From: Pseudobdellovibrionaceae bacterium
GTDB taxonomy: Bacteria > Bdellovibrionota > Bdellovibrionia > Bdellovibrionales > UBA1609
Length of the DNA stretch: 64,000 nt
Assembly (NCBI GenBank): GCA_030591685.1
Contig: JAUVAX010000006.1
Coordinates: 1 to 64,000 of the forward strand
Direction of reading: 5' to 3'
Shown here: in pieces, positions 49,684 through 58,315 of the stretch
Layout: the number at the start of each line of letters is the position of its first letter
Numbering within the stretch: position 1 is the first letter of the stretch
Position numbers and translations under genes: made by a program
The notes under the pieces: model-generated
Databases searched by the model: none
Told to the model about the DNA's origin: nothing
Seen by the model: only the letters and a program-made list of their open reading frames with translations

Positions 49684-51090
49684 ATGAAGTCGCGTATTCT
49701 AGTTGTTGATGATGAAGAGTCTATCAGAGAATTTTTAGATATCATGTTAAAAAAAGAGGGCTATGAAATAACTGTTGCTGAAGACGGTCAAAGGGCTTTA
49801 GAAATAATTAAGAAAAAGTCCTTTGATATGGTGATCTCAGATTTGCAAATGCCCAATATGAATGGAGTAGAGCTTTTAAAAGAAGTAAAATCAATACATC
49901 CAGACTTAGTATTTATGATTATCACGGCATTTGGTACCACCGAGTCAGCCGTTGAGGCGATGAAATTAGGTGCTTATGACTATATCACAAAGCCCTTTAA
50001 AATTGATGAAGTAAGAATTAATATTATAAACGCCCTAAAATCTAAGGGGTTAGAGGTTGAGAACAGAACTCTTAAAAAGGAGTTGCAGAGAGAATATAGC
50101 TTTCAAAACTTTATTGGGAACTCAGATGTTATGCACAGAGTTTTTGACCTTATAAAGAGGGTTTCTCAGGCACCAACAAATATTTTAATAACAGGAGAGA
50201 GCGGAACGGGTAAGGAGATGGTGGCTAAAGCCATTCACTACAATGGGCAATTAAAGGACAAACCTTTTGTGACAGTTAACTGTGGAGCCATACCTGAAAA
50301 CTTAATGGAATCTGAAATGTTTGGTCATAAAAAGGGTTCATTTACAGGAGCTGTGAGTGACAAAACGGGATTGTTTGAGGTGGCCTCTGGTGGGATTTTA
50401 TTTTTAGATGAGGTTGGCGAACTCCCGTTAAATATTCAGGTTAAGTTATTAAGGGTGATTCAAGAACGAATGATAAGGCCTGTCGGAGGGACAGAGGACA
50501 GAGCCGTAGATGTGAGAATTATAGCCGCTACAAATAGAGTGCTTGAAGATATGGTTAAGACTGGAGAGTTCAGAGAGGATTTGTTTTATAGGCTGAACGT
50601 CATTAAAATTGAGGCCCCACCTTTGCGCGATAGAAGAAGCGACATCCCCATATTGGCTAATCATTTTTTAAAAAAGCATAACGACAGGATGAGTAAGGGG
50701 ATCGCTGCAATCACTAAAGAGGCCATGGATATTTTAATGAAATATGATTATAAGGGCAATGTGCGAGAACTGGAGAATATCATTGAGAGAACAGTAGCCC
50801 TTGAGGGGGGTGCTAACATATTACCTGAGTCATTGCCTCCATTTGTAAGCACTCCTAACGGCCGAAAAATGGCATCAAGTCATGAAATTGAAATCACTGA
50901 AGAGGGTGTGGATATAGATAAAATAATGGGTCAAATAGAAAAAGAGCTACTTATTAAAGCTATTCACACTGCAAATGGAGTGAAAAAGCGGGCCGCTAAG
51001 CTTTTAAATATAAGCTTTAGGTCAATGAGGTACCGAGTGGAGAAGTTTAGCTTGGGCTCGGCTACAGATGAGGACCTTGAAGAGGCGTAG
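49684..51090 (+). CDS. pilR: Sigma54-dependent response regulator PilR-like
   Basis: Receiver + AAA+ (GESGTGKE, GSFTGA) + HTH AAKLLNISFRSMRYR; follows pilS. Confidence 0.88.
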   Translation: MKSRILVVDDEESIREFLDIMLKKEGYEITVAEDGQRALEIIKKKSFDMVISDLQMPNMNGVELLKEVKSIHPDLVFMIITAFGTTESAVEAMKLGAYDYITKPFKIDEVRINIINALKSKGLEVENRTLKKELQREYSFQNFIGNSDVMHRVFDLIKRVSQAPTNILITGESGTGKEMVAKAIHYNGQLKDKPFVTVNCGAIPENLMESEMFGHKKGSFTGAVSDKTGLFEVASGGILFLDEVGELPLNIQVKLLRVIQERMIRPVGGTEDRAVDVRIIAATNRVLEDMVKTGEFREDLFYRLNVIKIEAPPLRDRRSDIPILANHFLKKHNDRMSKGIAAITKEAMDILMKYDYKGNVRELENIIERTVALEGGANILPESLPPFVSTPNGRKMASSHEIEITEEGVDIDKIMGQIEKELLIKAIHTANGVKKRAAKLLNISFRSMRYRVEKFSLGSATDEDLEEA

Positions 51091-51103
51091 AAGAATAGAT
51101 AAT

Positions 51104-52738
51104 TCACGAAAATTTTTTGTGCATTTTCCAGAGACAATCACTAATAAATGGACGGCGACTTTCTTTTGTTGCCACTATAAGTAATTTAGTTATTTTTAAA
51201 TTCACAGGTTCTGAATAAAGTAAAATGAGAAGTTCTTGAATAAAGTTTGTGCTTAAGGTGATGTAGTTGTCAGTCCCAACGCCTAATTCAACCCCCTTTT
51301 TTTCCCACCATGAAAACGGATGATCTTTATAGTCTGGGAAGCATTCAGTGAGTTTCATATTTGAGGACGGCAGTGAAATTAAAGTTACTTTTTTGTGAAT
51401 AAGTCGATTTAAAACATCATGCTGATATTGCTCAACCTCTCGAGCTGTATGAAATTTTGTTTTTAAGAAACTTGTTGTTTCACTCTCAGTGAGTGGCTCA
51501 CCAGAAATCAATTTATCTTTAACTTTTAGGTCTAACCACTCCATGTCTAAGAGCTCATTATAATCAAGGGAACCCTTTTTAATATTTTTCTTATTTTTAT
51601 TTAAAATAATAATTCTTTGATAGAGACGATGAAAATAATAATTAGGGTTTATCCCTAGGCTAATTCCGTGCTCTAGCGTATCAATATGCCAAATATTCAT
51701 GGCGTTATCGACAGATTGCACCCCTTTTCTAAGGTTTTTCCAGGTCTCGCCGTGGTGACTTCTGATTTTAAAGCCCTTATATTGTAATCTTCGAAGGCCA
51801 AACTTAAGCTCTTCAAAATGTCGCTTTCTGAAAAGTTCTTTTTCGTTTCCAACCGTGTCGACTTCATTCATTTTTATATATATATCAGGCCGTTTTTCAA
51901 TGATTTCTAATATTTTATCTACCTGATTGTTGAAGTGTTCGCCTTTAGTTTTAAAATTTAAATTATCATAAAAATTTAATTCTTTTCTAAAACAAGGTGA
52001 CAACTTAAAGTCAAACTGTGGAAGTTCTGATTTAAATTTCATAAACCCATCATAAAGGCCGTAGACAACGTCTTCTTCTGTGACATCCTCAATGCCAGGT
52101 ATTTTTTCACTTTCCATTGCGGTAACTCTTGAGAGTGTAAATTTAAGTCGAATTTGCCCCACATTATATTTGGTGTAGAGCTCTTTGGCCATATGGTAAG
52201 CGGCATCCTCGTGGGCCTTTCTAGAGTTTAAAATGAGTTTAGATAGATAGAGAATCCTAAGGTAGGTTTCAAAATGCTCGTCCTCCTTGAGTCGTATAAG
52301 GTTATCAACATCCTCTACGCTTGTTATGGGTAAGGCCTCTTTACCGTAGACCTTCATGATCCGCTCTTCATAGATTTTTTTATTAGGACCTTCTAATAAT
52401 ACTTTAAGCCGAGGGTAGATGAACGAGGCCGACAGGCTCCCTGTCAGGTGAATATGCTCTTCGTTGTAGGGAATAGGAAAGTGTTTAAAGAAATTAAAAA
52501 AAGCTTGGGAGACGGGGTGATTCAGGAGGGTCTCAATATTGACCTCATCAATTTGAAACTCCGAAACAAGACGTCTAAACTCAGTAACAGAACGCTCAAG
52601 GTGCTTGCTGTTTTTAATGCCCTCAGAGCTAGATAAAAGCTCAAGTGTATCAGTGAGGGCTATCCCGTTGGTTTCGCTAATAACTTCAATGATTGATTTA
52701 GTGAGAAGTTTTATAATATTCACTTGTGTGTCTGGCAT
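51104..52738 (-). CDS. Enlarged adenosine deaminase-fold amidohydrolase of unknown substrate
   Basis: EEHIHLTGS, DTVGNE, SHHGE, LEHG, LPSSN, HPF, GTDN follow the ADA motif order; GAGG RBS before ATG 52738. Confidence 0.8.
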   Translation of the reverse strand: MPDTQVNIIKLLTKSIIEVISETNGIALTDTLELLSSSEGIKNSKHLERSVTEFRRLVSEFQIDEVNIETLLNHPVSQAFFNFFKHFPIPYNEEHIHLTGSLSASFIYPRLKVLLEGPNKKIYEERIMKVYGKEALPITSVEDVDNLIRLKEDEHFETYLRILYLSKLILNSRKAHEDAAYHMAKELYTKYNVGQIRLKFTLSRVTAMESEKIPGIEDVTEEDVVYGLYDGFMKFKSELPQFDFKLSPCFRKELNFYDNLNFKTKGEHFNNQVDKILEIIEKRPDIYIKMNEVDTVGNEKELFRKRHFEELKFGLRRLQYKGFKIRSHHGETWKNLRKGVQSVDNAMNIWHIDTLEHGISLGINPNYYFHRLYQRIIILNKNKKNIKKGSLDYNELLDMEWLDLKVKDKLISGEPLTESETTSFLKTKFHTAREVEQYQHDVLNRLIHKKVTLISLPSSNMKLTECFPDYKDHPFSWWEKKGVELGVGTDNYITLSTNFIQELLILLYSEPVNLKITKLLIVATKESRRPFISDCLWKMHKKFS

Positions 52739-52895
52739 TGTAGGGTCCTCTAAAACTAGTTCTTGGTATTGTACCATTTTTTGACTTAAAACTGAAGGTT
52801 CTATGAGGTTATCTCTTTTGATAATTAATCCTAATAAGGGGCTTAGGGAGCCCTGTCCTCCATGCTTGTGCGCCTCCTTGTTGTGCCGTGATGGC

Positions 52896-52946
52896 AAATC
52901 TACAGCTACAAGTGCCTGTGAGGCAGGCACTTGTAGCTGTAGATTT
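52896..52946. repeat. Perfect 23-bp inverted repeat with a 5-nt loop
   Basis: AAATCTACAGCTACAAGTGCCTG-tgagg-CAGGCACTTGTAGCTGTAGATTT. Confidence 0.97.
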
Positions 52947-53107
52947 TATAATAGCCTCTCTATCTTAATAATCAGGTGACAATTAAGGCTGTATTTTGTA
53001 ATTTTCACCCTATTTAAGGGCACGCGAGGCCCTGATCCGACAGGGCTTAGTGTTTAAAAACATTGAGAATTTTGGAGGCGGCCCTGCTTTCAGGCCATGT
53101 ATTTTTA

Positions 53108-53123
53108 TGGCTAAACCTTTGCA
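53108..53123 (+). promoter_or_regulatory. Sigma54 -24/-12 promoter
   Basis: TGGCTAAACCTTTGCA (GG-N10-GC), followed by GGAGG and ATG 53156. Confidence 0.65.
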
Positions 53124-53155
53124 CATCACTTAAAGTACGGAGGTCAAGTTTAGCT

Positions 53156-55276
53156 ATGCACATTCATAATATATTTATAATTCTCTTAATGGTGACATTT
53201 ATTTATAACCCATTAGCTGTTCAGGCGGACGATGGTAGTAACCTCGTAATGGCCGCTCAGCCTAATGACCTTAATCATTCAGCACACGGTCTCTATGTAG
53301 GGGAACTTAAGGGGCTATTGCCTCCACCTCGAAATATGTATAGAAAAAGAATGAAGTATAATTCAAGCCCTCCATTTCCAAGGAACTTTAGGTCCTCAAA
53401 TTATTTTACAATTGCTCCAGAGGTGGTTGTTGCTGGCCCTGGTTTGTACTTTGATGACGGCAAGCCCTTGCGTGAGACCCTGTCTAACCAGAGCGTATAT
53501 TTTCAAAGTATATTTAGAGCTATAATCAATTCGGCTCACAAATATGCTCAAGGAGAGTATACACCGGGGGCTAATGATAACTTCACTTATTACTCCTTTT
53601 TAGTGGCGGCATTAGCAGTACCCCTTCATGAAAGCCGTCTTCAACACTTTAGAGTATCTAATAGTAACAAGTGTTATTCGAACACAAACAACTTGAGTGT
53701 TTATTATGACTCTGTGACTTATAAAAAAGCGACGGGCAGAAACACTCTTTTTTTAAGGAATACTTTAAGAGCCACCGGTGATATTATCCGCGAAGCGTAT
53801 AAAGACCCTGTTGAGGTTTACTTCCCAAGTTGTGAGCAACTACCTAAAGACACATTAATGCATCAAGTTTTGACGTCTACTAATTTAATGGACTTTGGGA
53901 TTATGCAAATAAACATTAAATCACATGCCTCTGATTTTTTGCGCCCTGACACAGCACTTAGTCTGTATGAAACCATCGATAATGGAGTGCAATACTTATG
54001 GGATCAAAAAGGGGCTAGGGGTTTTATATACCTGAGAAACAAGTTAAATTATGTAAATCGATACTCCAAGGCTTGTGAATTTAAAATTAACCCCTTTTAT
54101 ACATTAAATAAGAGCAATGAAGAGGTCCCGTACTCAGGGACAAGGTCCGCCATATACTATAACCTAATTAGGGCTTCATGGGCGGGCTTTTATAATCAGG
54201 GGGCTGGCCAGCCTAAAAATGTATGTCGGTTTTCAAACGTAAAAGCTCGAAATCATAATAATGATATTGAGTTTAAACGAAGCTTGGACTCTATAGTTAA
54301 ATTTGACAAAAGCCCTTGGCATAAATTTCTACCTAAAAATTCAGTTGAGTATGCGGCCTTAACAGAGATTGTTTACAATTTCAGGACCATTTATACCAAA
54401 AAAATTGAAGAGGAAAAAAGTGAGTACGTAAAGCTAATTGTAAATGCACCATTAAAGGCGTTTGGAACAAAGGCAGAGTTAAATTATTCAGACTATAATG
54501 TAAACTATTTATTTAATCAGGATAAAATAGAAGTGTACAAGATCCCACAGCTTAGAGGGCATGACGGGTCCACTAATAAGTGCGGATTTATAAAAAACCC
54601 GATTAAGAGAGGTTACTTTAAAACTCATGTTATTTCTGAATTTGAAGACAAAGATCAAATGAAATGGGCTTTGATTAAAATGCCCAAGTATGCTGAATAT
54701 TATTTTAAGGATGCTCCTGTTTATGTTAAAAAGAAAAAGAGCAAATCTAAAATTAATGCTAATATAAGGCTTACTAAGGCCGGTAAATTGTCGGGTCTTG
54801 TATTTGATGCGAAAATGGCAAAAGATTACCCTCGTTTACCGTTACTTCAACAAGATGGCAATTGGTACGAGGTCAGCATTGATGGGGCCCCTTATTGGAT
54901 TCATAGAGTAAATTTTGAGACCTTTCAAGATGACTCCAATGTAGACCCTTTGTGCCAGGTCGATCAGTTTTTTGTAAATTCAAGTGTTCTTGAAAAGGTG
55001 AATAAGGCCCCTATTGGTTATGCGACACTAAAAGTTAAAAATATTAAAATCAGAAAGTATCCGGATTCTAAAGCAACAGTTATTGACATGTTATTTTACT
55101 CGGACAAAAAGCCTGTTGGAGTCCCGATCTTAGCTGAAACCACTAATCGCCGCGGGAAGAAGTGGATGTCTGTAAAGCCCAATGGTTTTGTTCGCGGTTG
55201 GGTAAGGGCTAATCAGTTTAATGTTCATTATTTTGATAAAAATAAGATAAACAGCCCTGTTGGGGAAGAAGGCTGA
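53156..55276 (+). CDS. Secreted protein with a divergent lytic transglycosylase (SLT-like) domain and C-terminal SH3b-like domains
   Basis: Signal peptide (..LAVQA-D); HES, DFGIMQIN and FYNQG motifs; SH3-like ANIRL..GNWYEV..YWIH and IKIRKYPD..KWMSV..GWV. Confidence 0.65.
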   Translation: MHIHNIFIILLMVTFIYNPLAVQADDGSNLVMAAQPNDLNHSAHGLYVGELKGLLPPPRNMYRKRMKYNSSPPFPRNFRSSNYFTIAPEVVVAGPGLYFDDGKPLRETLSNQSVYFQSIFRAIINSAHKYAQGEYTPGANDNFTYYSFLVAALAVPLHESRLQHFRVSNSNKCYSNTNNLSVYYDSVTYKKATGRNTLFLRNTLRATGDIIREAYKDPVEVYFPSCEQLPKDTLMHQVLTSTNLMDFGIMQINIKSHASDFLRPDTALSLYETIDNGVQYLWDQKGARGFIYLRNKLNYVNRYSKACEFKINPFYTLNKSNEEVPYSGTRSAIYYNLIRASWAGFYNQGAGQPKNVCRFSNVKARNHNNDIEFKRSLDSIVKFDKSPWHKFLPKNSVEYAALTEIVYNFRTIYTKKIEEEKSEYVKLIVNAPLKAFGTKAELNYSDYNVNYLFNQDKIEVYKIPQLRGHDGSTNKCGFIKNPIKRGYFKTHVISEFEDKDQMKWALIKMPKYAEYYFKDAPVYVKKKKSKSKINANIRLTKAGKLSGLVFDAKMAKDYPRLPLLQQDGNWYEVSIDGAPYWIHRVNFETFQDDSNVDPLCQVDQFFVNSSVLEKVNKAPIGYATLKVKNIKIRKYPDSKATVIDMLFYSDKKPVGVPILAETTNRRGKKWMSVKPNGFVRGWVRANQFNVHYFDKNKINSPVGEEG

Positions 55277-56247
55277 TGTTAAAAAAAATAATCATTGCTT
55301 CATTATTAGCCCTGCTGTTTTTAGTGAGTAAAAAATATTTCTTTAAAGGCACAATAAGTTCGCCGCTTAATTCGGCTCACAACATTGAGAACTCCCCCAG
55401 CGAGGCCATTAATAAAATTGATGAAAAACTTTTATTAAAAACTACAAATAAAGAGGATCCAGTAAAGGTAGCCAAAAACATAATTGACTCAGACTCCATG
55501 CGGGATAAAGTTTTTACGCCTACAGGGGAACAGAAAAAAATATTTTATTCTAAAAACATTAATGAGCTGATAGATAAAAGCTCAGTGGGTAAATACGTAT
55601 CGTTAGCTGAAGAGACCTTAAAGGCACTTTCGGTGTGCCTTTCAGATGGGACCCTTTGTAACCAACAACCAGACCTGAGAGAGGGTGGTGTTGAATATCA
55701 GGACCCAAGCAACACTATATATCATTTTTATGTGGATCGATCCCTGCAGTTACTGCAGAAGGCAGCAAAAGAGGACGTCAGTGCCTCTCGGGGCATTAAT
55801 TATGAACTCGTGTCGTCGGCGTTAAAAATTCAACATAGTACAATACCCTTAAGGGCCACTGAAATTATTCTTGAAAATAAAGAGGCTTCAATTGATATGA
55901 GAGAGATCCTTAAAAGTACCAAAGCCCTTATGGGTCCTGTTAAGGCTCAAATATATGTAACTCTTGCGCATTCAGATATACGAAACGCTAGAAATAATGC
56001 AGATTTTGTAGGTGAAATCACTTCGAATATAACTTTAAACGAAGACCCTACGACCTCTCGACACGTGTTTGATAAGCTCTATCAACTAAAGCTCTCTGCC
56101 GGTCAATTTGAATCGACGGTAAGAAAATCATGTCATTTAAAAAATAATTTAAAAGAATCCTCAAGAAAAGATCAATTTAATAGATCTTTGCAGTTTCAAC
56201 TAGCAAAAATGAATATCTCACAAGCTCCTGCTTATTATTGCCCGTAA
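55276..56247 (+). CDS. N-terminally anchored or secreted hypothetical protein, translationally coupled to the upstream gene
   Basis: TGATG stop/start overlap; MLKKIIIASLLALLFLV hydrophobic N-terminus; helical body with 4 Cys. Confidence 0.7.
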   Translation: MLKKIIIASLLALLFLVSKKYFFKGTISSPLNSAHNIENSPSEAINKIDEKLLLKTTNKEDPVKVAKNIIDSDSMRDKVFTPTGEQKKIFYSKNINELIDKSSVGKYVSLAEETLKALSVCLSDGTLCNQQPDLREGGVEYQDPSNTIYHFYVDRSLQLLQKAAKEDVSASRGINYELVSSALKIQHSTIPLRATEIILENKEASIDMREILKSTKALMGPVKAQIYVTLAHSDIRNARNNADFVGEITSNITLNEDPTTSRHVFDKLYQLKLSAGQFESTVRKSCHLKNNLKESSRKDQFNRSLQFQLAKMNISQAPAYYCP

Positions 56248-56267
56248 GTTAGATGTATAATTTTAAG

Positions 56268-57881
56268 TTATGACATAAGGCGATCAAGTGTCGGACCTGT
56301 AATCGTGACAACGCACGAAAGGGGATGCGGGTGGCCCATGTGTGGAAAATTACTAGTTGGTTTTTTATGGGCTCTAGAGTTTTCGCCAGGGTGTTGAATA
56401 GATAAAAATATAGTCTTAAAGTCAGGTGAAAAACTAACTCCTGTTAATTCACTATCAGTGGGCCCTGCTGCAACCCTATAAACATGTCCAGAATTTGGCC
56501 CTGATAGGGGGATATAAAAAAGACTGTTGTTTAAAAAAGGCTTGTATGAGCCTCTTAATAATTTTCTGGTTGAAATATCACTACAAAGCCAAAGGTTCCC
56601 TTTTTTATCAAAAGCTATATTGTCGGGATTTGAAAACCCCGTTCGTTCTCCGCCAGATAAAAACTCAGAGGCTTTAAAGCTTTGTGAGGTGTGATGACCA
56701 CCTGTGGGCTCAATTTTCAAAATAGATCCGTAAAAATTTTTTCTTTTTGGGTTTCCGGTGAGTGTTGCAAATACATTTCCAGTAGTGGGGTGAATGGCAA
56801 TATCTTCTGGTCGATCAAGAGGGGTCCCGCCGACGAGGTGTGCGGCCTTTCGAGTATATGTATTAATTTGCGTTTGTGAGGTGAAGTGTTTTTTAAGTAA
56901 AGGGCTTTTGCTTCTATCAAGGCTAATCCACCGGCCATTGATAGTGTCGGCAACAAAGAGTTCACCATTATTAAGCGAATTGGGACGATCAGAGATAAAT
57001 TTGTAGAGACATTGGTCTGATTTATCGTCAGCTGAATACACAACGCACCTGCCGTCAGAGGCCTTTATGGTGGTGGCACACTCATGAGAAAATCGCCCCA
57101 TAGAGGTGTGTTTTTTTGCAACCCCCGTAAGAGGGTTGACCTCAACAACCCAGCCATAATGCTCGGGTGGGTATTTATAAAACCGCCACCACTGGTAGTC
57201 TCGGCTTTTAGGGGCAGAGGCAAAACTTCGGTTTTTGCCTAAAAGTTCAATGTCGCCATAATAATTTTGATAATTTTCTTCGCTCGTAAGTATTGTGTTC
57301 CATGGTGTCTTTCCGCCGGCACAGTTGGCAATAGTGCCCACGGCATATTTATGCCCCAAAATGGTTTTATTATTTGCAAAATTTATTTTTGTTTTTCCTG
57401 TAAGGCGGCGGTTGTACGGTGAGTTTTTTACAAGGGCCCACTTGTTGTTGGATTTTTTAATATGAACTAAGCTGCCACCCACCATATTTTGCTCTTTATC
57501 GACTTGTTCAATTGTTCGCTTTTGGCCTTTGCTTTTGTGGTCATAGCCGCTTGTAAAAAGTGTTAATGTGCTTTCATGGTTCACCCAGAGGATTCCCTCG
57601 TCTGGTTTATTGGCGAGAGGTATAAACTGAGTGTAATCATTATTACTACCAAACACCTGAGTACTGTTGATGGGGTCTAGCTCTTTGAGCAAAATAGACC
57701 ATCTAAAGCCCTTGGCTAAACTTAAGTTGTCGTAGGCTGTCGGGGGGAGGGGCTGAAAGGGCAGTAGAGTACTTTTGGGGTTCAGCTGGCAGGCTGTGGC
57801 ACTTGAGAGGCCCGCAGAAACAACGCCGGCCTGAGCCATAAATTTAATAAAGTCTCGTCTTGAAACCATTGAATCTTGCAT
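56268..57881 (-). CDS. phoX: PhoX-family alkaline phosphatase, Tat-exported lipoprotein
   Basis: SRRDFIK Tat motif and ATA-C lipobox; WVNHE, NCAGGKTPW..SEEN, GRFSHE, DRPED, NPDN, ELTG, IQHPGE. Confidence 0.93.
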   Translation of the reverse strand: MQDSMVSRRDFIKFMAQAGVVSAGLSSATACQLNPKSTLLPFQPLPPTAYDNLSLAKGFRWSILLKELDPINSTQVFGSNNDYTQFIPLANKPDEGILWVNHESTLTLFTSGYDHKSKGQKRTIEQVDKEQNMVGGSLVHIKKSNNKWALVKNSPYNRRLTGKTKINFANNKTILGHKYAVGTIANCAGGKTPWNTILTSEENYQNYYGDIELLGKNRSFASAPKSRDYQWWRFYKYPPEHYGWVVEVNPLTGVAKKHTSMGRFSHECATTIKASDGRCVVYSADDKSDQCLYKFISDRPNSLNNGELFVADTINGRWISLDRSKSPLLKKHFTSQTQINTYTRKAAHLVGGTPLDRPEDIAIHPTTGNVFATLTGNPKRKNFYGSILKIEPTGGHHTSQSFKASEFLSGGERTGFSNPDNIAFDKKGNLWLCSDISTRKLLRGSYKPFLNNSLFYIPLSGPNSGHVYRVAAGPTDSELTGVSFSPDFKTIFLSIQHPGENSRAHKKPTSNFPHMGHPHPLSCVVTITGPTLDRLMS

Positions 57882-57935
57882 TTAACTTATTTATCTAACT
57901 TTGAATAAAAAGGCAAAAAATATTTGAGGGGGAAA

Positions 57936-58211
57936 TCACTTTTCGTGCTCACTATTTAAGCTATTCCGGTAGTGTTGTAAGCTAAAATGCCCATAGACCT
58001 TTTTTAAAAGCATATTATAGACCTCATTTGCTGTGTCCTCACGGATATCATCAATAAATGCTAAGGGGAGAGAGGCTGTTTTTTTTAATGAGTCAATGTA
58101 CTGGTCAACAACGCTGACAACAAAGGTGTCCTCGCTCTCTTCCTCGATGAATTCATTAAGTAAGTGGATTTCGAATATACGGTATAGATGGTCATCTGTT
58201 TTTACGCTCAT
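57936..58211 (-). CDS. Small acidic hypothetical protein
   Basis: 91-aa ORF fills the gap between phoX and the NFACT gene; C-terminal KKVYGHFSLQHYR. Confidence 0.6.
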   Translation of the reverse strand: MSVKTDDHLYRIFEIHLLNEFIEEESEDTFVVSVVDQYIDSLKKTASLPLAFIDDIREDTANEVYNMLLKKVYGHFSLQHYRNSLNSEHEK

Positions 58212-58315
58212 AAAAATATTTCGGTGATTTATTGGTAATAATTTAGCTTTTGTTTATAATAAGGGTCTATTTTATCTTTAAGTCTGGTGGTACTAAGGCG
58301 GGGTAGGAGAGAGAA

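Noticed and set aside
51104..52930. RADAR anti-phage system (RdrB-like deaminase)
   Set aside because: There is no adjacent RdrA-like ATPase; neighbours are pilR and a secreted protein, with no defence-island context. The track's extension to 52930 runs through the inverted repeat and was dropped.
52896..52946. Rho-independent terminator or IS end
   Set aside because: It lies between divergent starts rather than after a stop codon; no transposase or evident target duplication
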